A stretch of 64,000 nucleotides of DNA. Origin: Octopus sinensis. Lineage: Eukaryota. The position numbers and the translations under genes are program-made. Below, one piece after another: positions 26,982-40,544 of this stretch. The stretch covers positions 19,194 to 83,193 of the forward strand of contig NW_021833123.1 in the NCBI RefSeq assembly GCF_006345805.1, given 5' to 3'. Numbering within the stretch: position 1 is the stretch's first letter; each line of letters opens with the position of its first letter. The notes below the pieces were generated by a model, which searched no databases, was not told the DNA's origin, and saw only the letters and a program-made list of their open reading frames with translations.

Positions 26982-27135
26982 GGTGGTGGTGGTGGTGGTG
27001 GTGGTGGTGGTGATAATGGTAGCAGTGAAGGTTTGGTAGAGTTTGGTAATAATGGTGACGATAATGTCATTGATTCTCACGATGATGATGGTGATGATGA
27101 TGATGATGATGGCAACGATGATGAACGCAGTTGAC
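25655..27135. repeat. Large mixed trinucleotide low-complexity tract, C-rich then G-rich
   Basis: (CAC/CAA/TAC)n to ~26285, then (GGT/GAT/TGT)n. Confidence 0.9.
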
Positions 27136-27559
27136 GATGGCGGCAATAGCCGTGTTAATAATGACGGTAGCCGGCAGTAATGGCGGTATTTCCTTTTACC
27201 ATGATGAATATGATGTGGTTTCTTCTTGACAATTCCAATGACTGTCGATAAAATAAGTGTCACAATGAAATAGTGGTAGTCATTTAAAACGATCACCTCC
27301 TCTTATTCCTCCTCCTTATCCTTATTGTTCTTCTCCTACTCCAACGATCTCTTCATGTGTGAGCCCTTGTGGTAGTGAAACTATTTTCTTTATTATACAA
27401 GTCAAGCGAATTACACCTCTCTCCCTCTTCTCTCACTCCCTTAACGTGCAAATGGGCGGTCAATCAAATAAATCATTACTCCTATTGCGAAATTCATTAA
27501 AATTAGCTCCTCCCTCTCCTTTTACGTACCCCACCCCACCTCTTTAATCCTTTTATACT

Positions 27560-27770
27560 TGAACTTCTTTCAGTCATTTGGCTACGGCCATACTGAGGCA
27601 CCGCCTCGAAGGGGGTTTTAATCGAACAATTCGACCCCAGAATTTATTATTTTTAAAGCCTGGTATGGTCTCTTTTGACGAACCGATACTTTTACGGGAA
27701 CGTAAACATACCAACACCGCATGTCAGGCAGTGTGGGGGAACAAACACAAAGACACACGCGCGCAGAAGC
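27560..27770 (-). mobile_element. SINE family A 3' part
   Basis: tttcagtcatttggctacggccatactg...acgtaaacatacca. Confidence 0.7.
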
Positions 27771-27780
27771 ACACATATGC

Positions 27781-27812
<32 letters not shown>

Positions 27813-27910
27813 CATACATGCATATATACATACATAATATGTATCTTAAATAATATTTTAAATAAATAAATATTGTTTAACTCTATTTGCTTATTTATTT
27901 AACTATTATC

Positions 27911-28016
27911 ATTAACCTGAAGATTGACAATAATCTTAATTCGAATGTATTTCAATTGAATATAAACTTAATTGTAATTCGAATTTAATTGTAGCCATGA
28001 AACGTACGTAATGTTT
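27911..28016 (+). ncRNA. Degenerate type I hammerhead motif
   Basis: CTGAAGA (27917-27923), long stem II with aattcgaat/attcgaatt, GAAA-CGTACG-TA (27999-28010); stem I weak. Confidence 0.5.
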
Positions 28017-28254
28017 TTACTAATCATATCTATTTATCGTTCATTTTATACTTTTTGAAAAAAAAATTATTATATATATTACTTGTTATTTATGCATTGG
28101 TTTATGTCTATCACTGTTTGAGTTGCATAATAGTGGCTTTATCTCTAATTTATATTTTATATATCTACATTGTGAAATTTGATTTAATACTAAATTGAAT
28201 TTTTCCCTGTAAGTTTGGAGAAATACTCCCTAATATTATTACAGGTACAACAGA

Positions 28255-28425
28255 AGCAGGAAGAAAGAAAGAAAGTTGTGGTGAAAGAGTACAGGAGGGT
28301 TCTTTACCACCCTCTGTCGGAGCCTTGTGGAGCTTTAGGTGTTTTCGCTCAATAACCAGCCACGACGTCTACTCTAGGAATCGAAATCGCGATCTGACGA
28401 CCGCGAGTCCGCTGATCTAACCACT
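28255..28425 (-). mobile_element. tRNA-derived SINE (family C-related)
   Basis: Minus strand: agtggttagatcagcggactcgcggtcg..tttcgattcctag. Confidence 0.65.
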
Positions 28426-28434
28426 CACACACAT

Positions 28435-28470
<36 letters not shown>

Positions 28471-28600
28471 ATAATATATATACATATACATATAGATGCC
28501 TGACCGCAGCTGCTTTGCTGAATCGAGTAAAAGAATAATATATATATGTGTGTGTGTATGTGTGTGTGTGTGTGTGTTGTGTGTGTGTGTATGTGTGTGT

Positions 28601-28640
<40 letters not shown>

Positions 28641-28698
28641 TGTGTGTGCGTGTGAAAGAAGGTTTGAATAGGCAATGGACCTTTAGAGATGTTTATTG

Positions 28699-28740
28699 AC
28701 TTGACCGGTTTCACTTTTTAAGAAAAAGATTGTCAAAGAG
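28699..28740 (-). ncRNA. Minimal type I hammerhead, U3-A8 variant
   Basis: Minus strand: TTGACAA-t-cttttt ctt aaaaag-t-GAAA-CCGG-TC-aagtc-AATAAA; stem I imperfect. Confidence 0.6.
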
Positions 28741-28802
28741 ACAGGTCAGTTATTCTTTCATAAACTATTTTCCCTCGTGCTTAACCTTACAACTTTACCT
28801 TG

Positions 28803-28873
<71 letters not shown>

Positions 28874-28893
28874 AATAGATAGATATATAAATA

Positions 28894-29108
28894 TACAAGA
28901 GTTGCAGAAAAGTTCCTGGCTTTAAGGGTGTCATAAAAGTCCTGTTTATAGGATCAACCTTCCGAGTCCTCTTACAGGACTTAGAAAAATTACAGGGTGG
29001 CTGCAATAACCGTGTGTGTCTGATAGGGTAATATGCTAAATAAGATCAAAATTAACAGATCCTTCTATATTTTCTTTTGCCAAAAGCCAAGAAATTTTCA
29101 TCACTCCC
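28894..29108. mobile_element. Mariner-like MITE
   Basis: tacaagagttgcagaaaagttcctggctttaa ... aaagccaagaaattttcatcactcc. Confidence 0.6.
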
Positions 29109-30114
29109 CCTCCCCCCTCTCTCACACACATAACTGAAAGATTACTGAATAATTTTAGTAGAGAACATATTCATCAACTTTTTCACAGCAGGGTTGACAG
29201 CACCTTCAAATTTCTGGTTTGCTAGCCTTCGTCTGTGTGACGGAATATAGCAGGCCGAAATTTCAAAGTCACTGTCAACCTTCGTCTTGTAAAAGTTAAA
29301 TGGAATTTTTCTTGCTAACATTTGTTTTTACCAAACCCTTTTCTAAATTAGTTGGTAAAAATCAATTGAAATTGTTCTACAATACTGTATTGTGTAATAT
29401 TTATATACTACTCTACTGATATATGTACTAACACATAGATTCTGAGATTACTACATGCTTGCATATATACATACATATATACATACATATGTCAAACACT
29501 CTCTTTTCTGTTTCTGCCAATCACCACCCGATTAAGATTTTAATGATAAAATGTAAGCATCGATCGAACAGTAATTCATATCAAGTTCAATATACGAAGT
29601 TTGAGATTTGTAATAAATGGGAGGATTGATGGATAGATAGAATGGTTATTTATATCGATCTAATTCATCGCCATCGGGAAAGGTGAATGACAATGACGAT
29701 ACAGGCGTGATTGGAACCCGGAACAAAATAGGGATGAAGGTAATTCAATACTCACAAGGTGATTTATCAAACTCATTCAAAAGCAGTTCTGTTATCCATT
29801 TATCACAATTTGTTTAATAATAACAATAAGAAGACGAAAAAGAAAAGGAAGAAATGGGGGTGATTTTTCTACGTTGATCATCTAAGGTTCACATATTGAG
29901 GAAAGAGGAGGAAAAAGAGGGCGAAAGTGTAGAAGAGGGAGGGAGGTACAGAAAGTAGGAGTAAGAGTAGGAGTAATTCGCTTAGTAGACTTACATTATA
30001 TCAAAAATGATTTACGTCGTTGGCGCATTACACAGTGTTTAAACACGCTTACACAGACATGAATACACAGACACACACATACACACACACATGCACACTC
30101 ATACAGATGTCTGA

Positions 30115-30300
30115 GCTTTTATCCTTCAGCCATTAGACTGCGGCCATACTGGAGCATTACCTTAAATATTTTAGTAGAATAAATCGACCACAGTACCTAA
30201 TTTTATTTCTCTAGGGTCTCTTTGCTGAATCGCAAATGTTACGGGGACATAAACAAACCAAGACTGATTGTCAGGCTGTGGGGAAGACAAACACAAGAAC
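30115..30300 (-). mobile_element. SINE family A 3' part, diverged
   Basis: gactgcggccatactggagc...gttacggggacataaac. Confidence 0.7.
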
Positions 30301-31070
30301 ACACATACATATGTGTGTGTGTGCATGTAGGTAAGCACATGCACATATATACACACACCTATGGATCTATAACAGTATTAAGGCACCCTCATACAAGCTC
30401 TAAACAATCTTCAAGTATATATTCGACCGAAGAACTATATATGGTAAATGAGAACCTGCACTATATATCGTAACACAAATAAAACAGGACAATGACAATG
30501 AGCAGGGAAAAAAAACATTTAACTCAGCAGAGAAACTTCCCTCGTCAGTTGCCAATCGAATATCATTGCTATTTCCACACACACGCGTGCGCCGCACGCA
30601 CAAACACACACAATATAATAAATGCTACTTAAAGGATTAGGGACTTTAAGATCCAAACGGATACTTTCTAAACACTCACTGGTAATACAAACATAGCTAA
30701 CTATATCGACCAGTGAGAAACATTAGGATCTGTGTAGACATTTGAAATACATGTGTTCTCTTCTTCGAGTAGTAATTTCAAAGTTCATTTTGAAAACTTT
30801 CATATACTATTTCAGAGCATATTAGAAAAATGAACAAGTGTCGAGGATTATACATTTTTAACTGATAATTTGTAACATAGAAATCGCCAATGTACGATTT
30901 TGATAGGGTACTATTACATAATACTTTAATGCGACGACTCAGCATGTTAAATCAATTATATTATTGCACAGATCCAAGAAGTAAACTCACATTGTCATTG
31001 TGGGTATGCCTAAAGAATATGTCTAATTGCCTATGCTCCTTTATGTCTTTATGTAATAGATATATGTGTA

Positions 31071-31145
<75 letters not shown>

Positions 31146-31194
31146 ATATATCGTATATATATATACACACATACATATATATGTATATATGTGG

Positions 31195-31345
31195 AGGTCC
31201 ATGGTCTAGTGGTCAGAGCAGCGGGCTGGCGGTTGAGGGATCACAGGTTCGAATCTCAGACCGGGCGATGTATGTGTTTATGATCGAAACACTTAAGCTC
31301 CATGCGGCTTTGGCAGAAAGTAATGGCAAACTTCTGCTGACTCCT
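31195..31345 (+). mobile_element. tRNA-derived SINE head (family C-related)
   Basis: tggtctagtggtcagagcagcgg..ggttcgaatc A/B boxes without a full tRNA cloverleaf. Confidence 0.6.
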
Positions 31346-31430
31346 TCAGGTTTTCTAAGCCATGTAAAAAATACTCGCAAGGTTGGGTCTTCCCGAAACC
31401 CTTAAAGCCAGAAACTTTCCAGCACCCCTC

Positions 31431-31433
<3 letters not shown>
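31345..31433. mobile_element. Mariner-like MITE end
   Basis: cttaaagccagaaactttccagcacccctcgta. Confidence 0.6.
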
Positions 31434-31482
<49 letters not shown>

Positions 31483-32251
31483 GTTTATTTTCTTGAAAAC
31501 GGTGGTGAGCATGAGGAAATGCATTGGATCATTTCTGCTGGTTCTTTACGTTCCGAGTTTAAATTCCACCGAGATCAACTTTGGCTATCATCGTTTCGGG
31601 GTTTCATAAAATAGAGTACGAATAAAGTTCCGGTTCGATGGTATCGATCTGCCGCCTTTTCTCAAAATTGCTAGCCTGGAATCCTACAAGTGGCCGGTGT
31701 CACGTTCAGAGCAATTGTTATGATCTCGATCTCATACACTATGGAAACCGGGTAGCCGATCATATATATTCTACGGCCTCAGAAAAATAAAATATATTCT
31801 CTTCAGAGTTTGTAGAGTGGCAGAGACTGTAGAGAGTATGGCTCAGATGTAATTTTTAAAAGAGATAATCAGGAGTATATTTTAATGTCACGTAACTGGG
31901 AACCAACGGGTTCTTGGAGTCTGTAGTCGATCGCTCAACGTGCAAGAAAGAGTAAACAAATCTCAAATTATATCTTTACTATCATAAATAGGTGAAGGAT
32001 AGATTAGGTAACTTAGTCCAGCACACCCACTAAATATACGGGTTGGTTACGGCTGCAAATACTTAGATTATTTGAGTGTTTAGTGAGTGCTGACAAGGGA
32101 ATAAAAACCAACAACAACGTAAACAGCAATAGCCAAATCAGTAACAAAGCAACGTTGTATATTTCAATGAATAAGGAAAAGAAATGATAAAAGATTGAAC
32201 TGTATATAAAAAAACTGATTATCTCTAAGTATTTCACCCGGCGTGATAACG

Positions 32252-32490
32252 TTTCTTATTTCTTTATTGCCCACAAGGGGCTAAACGTAGAGGGGACAAA
32301 CAAAGACAGACGAAGGGATTAAGTCGATTACATTGACCCCAGTGTGTAACTGGTACTTAATTTATCGACCCCGAAAGGATTAAAGTCCACCTCGGCAGAA
32401 TATGAAGTCAGAACGTAAAGACGAACGAAATGCTGCTAAGCATTTTGACCGGCGCGCTAGCGATTCTGCCAGCTCGCTGTCTTGCCGCCT
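32252..32490 (-). mobile_element. SINE family B, full length
   Basis: tttctttattgcccacaagggg...gattctgccagctcgc. Confidence 0.9.
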
Positions 32491-35399
32491 TATATAATCA
32501 TTATTGATTTAAGCACAGTCCAGGAATTTCGAGAAGAAGCTGTAAGTCGATACTATCAATCTCAATCATTGACAGATATTTTATGTTATTGATCCCAAAA
32601 GGATTAAAAGAAGAAATCGTCTGATGCGAAATTTTAACACAGAACATAAAGAAACGGGCCAAATATCAAAGGTATATTGCGTTCTGAGTTCAAATCCCAC
32701 GAAGTCCAGTTTCACTTTACGTCTTTCCGGAGTCGATAAAATAAAATATCAGTCAAATATTGGTGCTAAAATAGCGAACTGGTCCCTTCTCCCAAAATTC
32801 GGCATTGAGCCAATGCAAAAAAAAAAAAAAGAAAAAAAGTCAATATTTTCTCGATGCTTTAACTATTTTGCCAATCCTAAATAGTAACGTTAATAAACAA
32901 TAGTGACTAACTGAGTTTATTAAATAACTGACTAAAGTTACTAAAAGAATGAAATTACGAACGAAAGTAATTTAAGTTAAATGATATAAATTTTTGAAAT
33001 ACGAAACTAAACTATGAATTATGTTTCTCAAAATTTCAGTTGCGATATTTTCAACCTTAGTTTGGAAAGACAATTTTTATCATATTCCATTTTTGTTACT
33101 TTACAAAAAATTTTCCCTCTTTAATATTAACTTTTAAAATCCTTGAATGAATGTATGTATGTATGTGTAAGTGTTAATAATAGCGAATTGCCTGAGAAGT
33201 CCTGGAGTGTATGTGTAGGAGCTAATAATAAGGAATAACCTGAGAAGTCCTCGTGTGTATGTGTATAAATTTAGAGCAAAGGTGCAGTAAATACATGAAC
33301 TACGAAAATAAGTTAAAGAATAGTTAATAAAACTTACTGCTGCGAATTCCTCGTAATAATTTCATGATGTAGAAAATCCCAAATCATCCGAAAATTTACT
33401 TCCAATGACTTAGATGGATGCATTTACACACAGTCACATACACACACACACACAAATATATATACACAGGTACATACACTCACAATTACATACACATAAC
33501 GATCTGTGATAATGTAATCCTCTGTAGCAAAATGTCTTTCTTCCATCCAAGAGCGTTTAGATGTCTCTTGTCCCATGGAATACGAAAATAATCTGCCATT
33601 TTGTTTTAGCTTTTGTATTTAGTAATTGACATAGAAGACGACATCAAGACATTCTTTGAATTCTGCAGGGAATTGATATAATTGTTGGGTTTTTCTTTAT
33701 AATTTAATCATCCCTCATAGAGTAGCGTTATGATCAAAGGCGCTTCATCCGTGACGGACACATGTATTTTGTTTTGCTTTAGCGTATCTATAGCACTTTA
33801 TCCATCGTGGTCTTCCATTTTGAGTCAGTTTACGTTATAACTAGAGGCAGATTTCATTATTGTTTCTAGCGTGACAAGAAACAATACTAAGATAAATAGG
33901 AAGGACAATTAAAATATAATTTTATGTTATTGATCCCAAAAGGATAAAAAGAGGAAGTCGTATGATGCGAAATTTTAACACAGACCATAAAGGAACGGGC
34001 CAAATATCAAGTTTGTTAAGAAACAAGATGTTAATGTTTAAAGTTCCATTGCTTAATTCAATCTTGAATTCTCTCTTTAAGTGTTTTTGGCAGAATATCC
34101 ATTTGCTCGCGCGCACACGTGTGTGATTCTGTGTGTAAGTATACTACTTGGGTAGCATATAACTAAAGTAAAACGCTGCAAAGGACCTCCAAAGTCTTGT
34201 AGGTCTATTTTTCAATTTGTTGTTGCTGCGTTTTGGTTCTCCTTGTGTAGTGATATGGTTGCTGTTGTTGGTGTTGTTATTGTTGCATTTACGTTCAATT
34301 TGTTTTCTTTCATAAATTGAATTCAATTTGTATTTCTTGTTGAAATACTTTGGTAATATTGGTTATTTTCCTAGTATTACAATTCCATTGGTTATTTGGT
34401 TATTTGTAGCATTTGTCTGTTATTGTTGTTGATGTTCTTATTGTTATCCTTCTTATCATTATTGTCATCATCCACGTTGTAATCCATGTCATTATTGCTG
34501 TTGCTGCTTGTTATCTGATTAATTTAAAATCCAACTTGTAAACATAATCCTGAATTTCTCGTTCATATTTTCTCATCCAACTCAAGAAATACGTTGGTGA
34601 CATTAGTTATTGTTCTAGTACATTAAATCCCATTGGTTATTTGCAGCATTTCGCTATTAGCATTCTTGCTATTGTTCTGGTCTTCCACGTTATGATTCTT
34701 GTCATTGTAGTTGTTCTTATAATTATTTGAGTAGTTTAAATCACAGCTTGTAAATATAAAAAAATCCTGTGTTTCCTGGTCGCATTTTCCAAACCAACTA
34801 AAGAAATATTGCCAAAACCTTGAATCTGTCTTGCTGCTCTGATCTTCCTTGTTTCTTCATGGCTCTTCGCGTTTAGTCTGATTCGGACCTTTTCATTGCC
34901 CGACTTTTTACTCTTTTTATTCCTTACTCTCCCCTCCACATCTCTTTCTATCTCTACTTCATTATCTAACCTTTTACTTCTTTCTTTTCCTCTTTCTCTT
35001 TATATCTCTCCTCCTCGCTGTCGTTCTCTCTCCCTCTCTTTTTTTAAAGCCGATTCTCATTTACACATCAGACAGACATATATGTAACAAACACACACAT
35101 AAACACACATATGTAAACACATGCATATACAGAGATAGTTCACACACTTTCTCTTTTACTGTCTTTCTTTCCTTCTCTCTCACCCTTTCTTTCTTTTTCA
35201 CACTTTTATCTTATCACCTTCCCTCACAAATTTATTACTATTTGCTCTTCTCTCTCTCTCTTTTTCTCTCTCTCACACACACAGACTTACACACACACAC
35301 ATTCTCTCTTTTAATCTCTCTTTCGCTCTCTCTATCAATCTCACTCTCTTCCCTCACTATCACCCCACCACCACCACCACCACCATCACCCTTGTCAAA

Positions 35400-35590
35400 C
35401 TCTCAGTCTTAGACTGTTTGATTTACTGATGCTTCTGTCGGGCTCTCGAACTGCCGTACCCTAATGACAAATGCGTTAACTAATTTGCCAACAATTCGCT
35501 GCTAATTACCGTTATTGGCGTAGAATCTTGATGATTTATGTGCAAGCATTAGAAGCTAAACACGGCCACACACTTTATTACAAATCACAA
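35400..35590. promoter_or_regulatory. Candidate cis-regulatory island rich in homeodomain/TALE-type motifs
   Basis: Non-repetitive island between simple repeats: TGATTTAC 35419, TAATGACA 35462, TAATTA, TGATTTAT 35532, TTTATTA 35574. Confidence 0.3.
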
Positions 35591-35971
35591 AAGAGAAGAA
35601 AGACGGACAGACAGACAGAAAGAAGGAAGGAAAAAGAAAAAAAGAAAGAAGAAGAGGAGGGAAGAAAGAATAAGGCAAGTAAGAGAAAGAAGTAAGCAAG
35701 AAAGATTGAGAAGAAAAAGAGTCGAAGGAGGAGAATGAGAAAAGCAAGAGAAAAGCAGAGCGGTAGACGCAAAGAGAAAAGAATGAGAGAAATGGTGAGC
35801 AAGAGAGAGAGAGAGAAGGGAATGGCTTAAAGAGAGAGAGTGGGAGAGTTAAAAGGAGAGGTAAAGGAAGAGAAGGAATGATAAAGTAAGAAGAAAAGAA
35901 AAGAAGCTAAGTAGGTGAATGTCAAATAGAGAGACCAAAGAAATGATTGAGAAGGATAGAGTGAACGGACG

Positions 35972-36009
<38 letters not shown>

Positions 36010-36297
36010 TAGAGAGCAGTAGATAATTAGATAGAGTGATAGACATATATGTGTATGTATATATGAGAGGGGGAGAGAAAGAGAGGTATTGAAGGTAGGG
36101 GGTGAAGAAGAAGGTGCGTAAATGGCGGGTGGTTGGTGTGTTGTGTGCTGTGTGATGGTGAATGGGGACGGGGGAAGCTCTTTAGCGAAAGTTGTTAGTT
36201 AGGTTCTTCTATACATACATAGACAAATGGCAAATCAATAGCGGTTCTCTCATCTTCGTTTCATAAACATATTGCTTCTTCTTCTCGTACGAAACGA

Positions 36298-36405
36298 GAA
36301 GAAGAAGAAGAAGAAGAAGAAGAAGAAGAAGAAGAAGAAGAAGAAGAAGAAGAAGAGAAGAGAAGAAGAAGAAGAAGAAGAAGAAGAAGAAGAAGAGGAG
36401 GAGGA
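36298..36405. repeat. (GAA)n microsatellite
   Basis: Directly visible. Confidence 0.95.
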
Positions 36406-36736
36406 GGGGGCAAAACAATATGGAGGAAAATAACGGAGATAAATAACATTCAAATGAACAGCGATAAATAACAATAATAAAAAAAAGTGACATAATATAA
36501 ATAATGATGTATAAAAATATTACAAATATATACGCATGCATACACACACACACACACATATATGCACATATATAGGTATTTATGTATATCTATCTATATA
36601 CTTACATATGTGCATATATATATACATATATACATATATACATACATACATATACTTACATATATATATATATACTACATATATATATGTATATACATAT
36701 ATATGCATGTATTTATATATATAATATATATAATAT

Positions 36737-36793
<57 letters not shown>

Positions 36794-36836
36794 CAGTTAG
36801 AAAGAGAGTGAGAGCGGGAGATGACAGAAATATATA

Positions 36837-36887
<51 letters not shown>

Positions 36888-37194
36888 CAATCAGAAATAT
36901 AGAAAGCATGAAAGAAAGAAGAAAGGAAAAAGAAAGAAAACGAAGCAAAGAAACAAATAGAAAAGAGTAAGTCCGAAAAATGTAAAACCAAAGATCAGTT
37001 GAAACCAGTCCAAACACCACACACACACACACACGAACACATGCACACACATATATGTATGTACACGTGGCCGTTGCACGGAGGTGAGGCTGCACGCACT
37101 GACAAATGTCCAGAACCCGTATACATCAAAAACAGAACACGTATACACACAAACACAGTCATCAACTACAACCATTATTCACTATAATAGATGT

Positions 37195-37275
37195 CTTTCT
37201 TCTTCTTCTTCTTCTTCTTCTTCTTCTTCTTCTTCTTCTTCTTCTTCTTCTTCTTCTTCTTCTTCTTCTTCTTCT
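37195..37275. repeat. (TTC)n microsatellite
   Basis: Directly visible. Confidence 0.95.
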
Positions 37276-37611
37276 ACCCACGCCCTTCTCTACCTCGCCC
37301 CCGTCCTTCATCTCACCGTGTTCAAATTCATTTTTCATCGAAGAAACGAGAATTACGACATTTAGTTCTTGGACAGAGAAAGTGAGATAATGTAAATAGA
37401 GCGAAAGAGAGAGAGAGAGAGAGAGAGAAGGGCGAGGATAGAAAGCGTGAACGAGAGAGAGAGAGAGAGAGAGAGATGAGGGAGAGAGATGGAGGGAGAG
37501 AGATGGAGGGAGAGAGAGGGGAGAGAGGAGAGAATAATGAAAGATGGATAGAAATAGAATAATAATAAGAAAAAGGTAGATAGGTAGATAAATAGATAGA
37601 CAGATAGATAC

Positions 37612-37660
<49 letters not shown>

Positions 37661-38420
37661 TGTATATATAGATAGGCAGTGAGAGGGGGATTAATAGAGC
37701 AATGGTAACGATGATGAAGTTACCCGAATGATAAAATGTTAAGGGGTGTATGGTTGAGGGATGGCGGGTGAGACAAACAAGCCTGCCTTCCCACCCCGTG
37801 CCCCGCACGTGAACATACGCTCATATACACTCACAAGCATTGAGAGAATCACTCACGCACCCACTTTCTCTCCGTCTCACATAAACCTACATACGTAAAC
37901 GCAACCATACACAAAATAGCAACAACAACAAAAAAACGAAAACAACAACGGCAACAGCAACAACAATATCAGACATAAACGAAGGCGATAACAGCAAACG
38001 TAACAACAAAAACTATAGCAACAACAACTACAACAACAACAACAACAACAGTAAGAACATCAACATCAGCACCACCAACAACACCAGCAACCTTCGCAGC
38101 AACAACCATGTGCTTCAATAGCAGTAACGAGAACAACAACAACAACAACCACAACTACAAAGACAAGAAAATGATTAAGCCAAAAAAAAAACAAAGAAAG
38201 AAAGGAAGAAAACAAAAAAAAGAAGAAAATATAACATTATCCAAGAAACACAACCAAAGTCTCTTCCCCCCCCACAACCCCACCTTTTCAAAAACAGCAT
38301 CAACAACAAAATATAACCTAAAACGAAAAAGCAGAAACAAAAGAAGAGCAAAAAACAAAACCCCCCAAAAAACAAGAAACCCAAACACATACTAACACTA
38401 TCACACCCAACATCACCACC

Positions 38421-38475
<55 letters not shown>

Positions 38476-39464
38476 TTAGAATAACAATAACCGCAACAAA
38501 TAATACACGAGGGCAGGTAATCATTATTGAGTTCATTATAGTAGAAGGGGGACTTTCGTGGCATAACACCGCCTATCTCTATTGCTATGCCTGTCGCTGT
38601 TAGTACACGTCATTAGCGTTATTTGATCTATGGGTCTTTTTTACCAAAAGGCTAAGGAACAAGTCTTGGAAGAAGATTTTTTATTATTTTATTTTATTTT
38701 TCTCTTGATATTTATATATATTTTCTTTCATTACTTGTTTTTAGAGAGTTGACTTCCATCCTTGCAGACTTCTAGTGTCTCTCAGTGTGTGTGTGTGAGT
38801 GTGTGTTCTGGAGTCTGTGTGTGTGTGCCTATTCGCATATGTTTATGTTTGTGTGTGTATGTTTATATATACACATATATATATATGTATATATAAAACA
38901 CAGAATCATGCACCCACATCCACGCACATACACACATACACACATACACACATACACACATACACACGCGTGCACGCACACACAAGCACAAGTATATGAG
39001 TGAGTATATATAATATATATTGTGCTTGTGTGTATAGCAAATAGTCTACCTGTCTATTTGTCTTCACTTTCTATCTCTCTCTGTATCTTGATATATATAT
39101 ATTATATATATATATCTATATATATATATATATATTATATATATATATATATATATAATATATATATATATAAGCTGTAAGACCTATCTATAAATGCTCT
39201 AATATCTATACAGCTGTGGTATTTTATCTTATTACGCAAAAAATTCTTATATATATATATATATATATGATGTTCAAGGAAATTGGAAAGACTCAAAGCT
39301 GTTACGTTTCGGACAGTTTCTTTCTTCAAATATGAGAAAACTTCAGGTAAGACTTTGAAGAAAAGGAAGACAGAACATGAGATAAGTAATAAAGAGGAAC
39401 CAGGAAAATAGCACATAGGATTGGTTACATGTGCGACTAATATATATATATACACACACACACG

Positions 39465-39499
<35 letters not shown>

Positions 39500-39839
39500 T
39501 CTACAGTTATATATACAACCGGCGCGCGCAGAACCATAAGGTAATTCTTTGGCCAATTCATCATGAATCAACACACCAAATCTATGCCGATGAATTTGTT
39601 GAATTTTGGGTAAAATGAAAAGAGGTGCCTACATACATACATATATAATACATACATAAATATAGCTAGATAGACAGACAGATGGACAGGCTGCCGACAG
39701 TTTGTTCTATTTCAAAAACAGATCCTGCTTTTCAAACAGGAAAAATGCTACTGCTGCTGCCACTGTTGCTGCTGTTGTTGCTGCTGTTTTTGTTATTATT
39801 TAACATAAGGTCAGCCCTAAATAAGCACGCCTATAATCC

Positions 39840-40045
39840 TTTCTACTATGGACACAAGGCTTGTAATTTTGAGGGATGGGAGCTAGTCAGTGACCTCAGT
39901 GTGCAACTGGTATTTATTTCATCGACATCGAAAGGATGAAAAGTAAAGTCAGTCTCGGTGGACTTTGAACTTCGAACGTAAATGCGGACGAAATACCGCA
40001 AACCTTAGGGTCCTGTGTGCTAACGATTCTGCTAGCTCACCGTCC
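39840..40045 (-). mobile_element. SINE family B, diverged
   Basis: gaaaggatgaaaagtaaagtc...gctaacgattctgctagctc. Confidence 0.75.
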
Positions 40046-40544
40046 TTTTCACACTTATAATCAAAGAGATTCTACACATGACCGTTGTCTTTTTGAATCT
40101 ACGTAAGAATAGATCGTCTAATATATCCCTTCATTATTTAAGTCAAAATGTAATTTGACCGAGATTTTGCTGTTATTTCTAGGAGATTGAGCGAGTACAT
40201 AATATGTAACAGTTTCCTAGTTCGAAATCACTTTTACTTTGTTGTTGTGGTTGGTGGTGGCGTTGTTTAGTCCCAGCACAAATCTGATTACATGTTTCTG
40301 TGCCCTTAAATTCCTGTTATGGCTATCCCGTATTTTCCTAGTTTTAATGCTCTCTCAACGTCTACTACACTATTCACGCTCATTCGCTTCTAAAACGGAA
40401 GTCTGTGATTTTATGGAAATTAGCGGTTATTTTTAGTATGTCAAGTGAATATGTCAAGTGAATATGTCAAGTGAATATGTAAAAGGCCAACTTTCCGCTC
40501 AGATGGTTTTTAAAATATTTTGCAAATGCTCGTGGATGGATGGT

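Noticed and set aside
25613-27296. Overlapping mucin-like or Gly/Val-rich ORFs
   Set aside because: Trinucleotide-repeat artefacts present on both strands.
31195-31270. tRNA-like sequence
   Set aside because: A/B boxes only, no acceptor stem, and it continues into a SINE body; not a tRNA gene.
33180-33268. Two ~48 bp direct repeats; also the 12 bp triple repeat at 40437-40480, considered as CRISPR-like
   Set aside because: Simple tandem duplications with no spacers, in a eukaryotic context.
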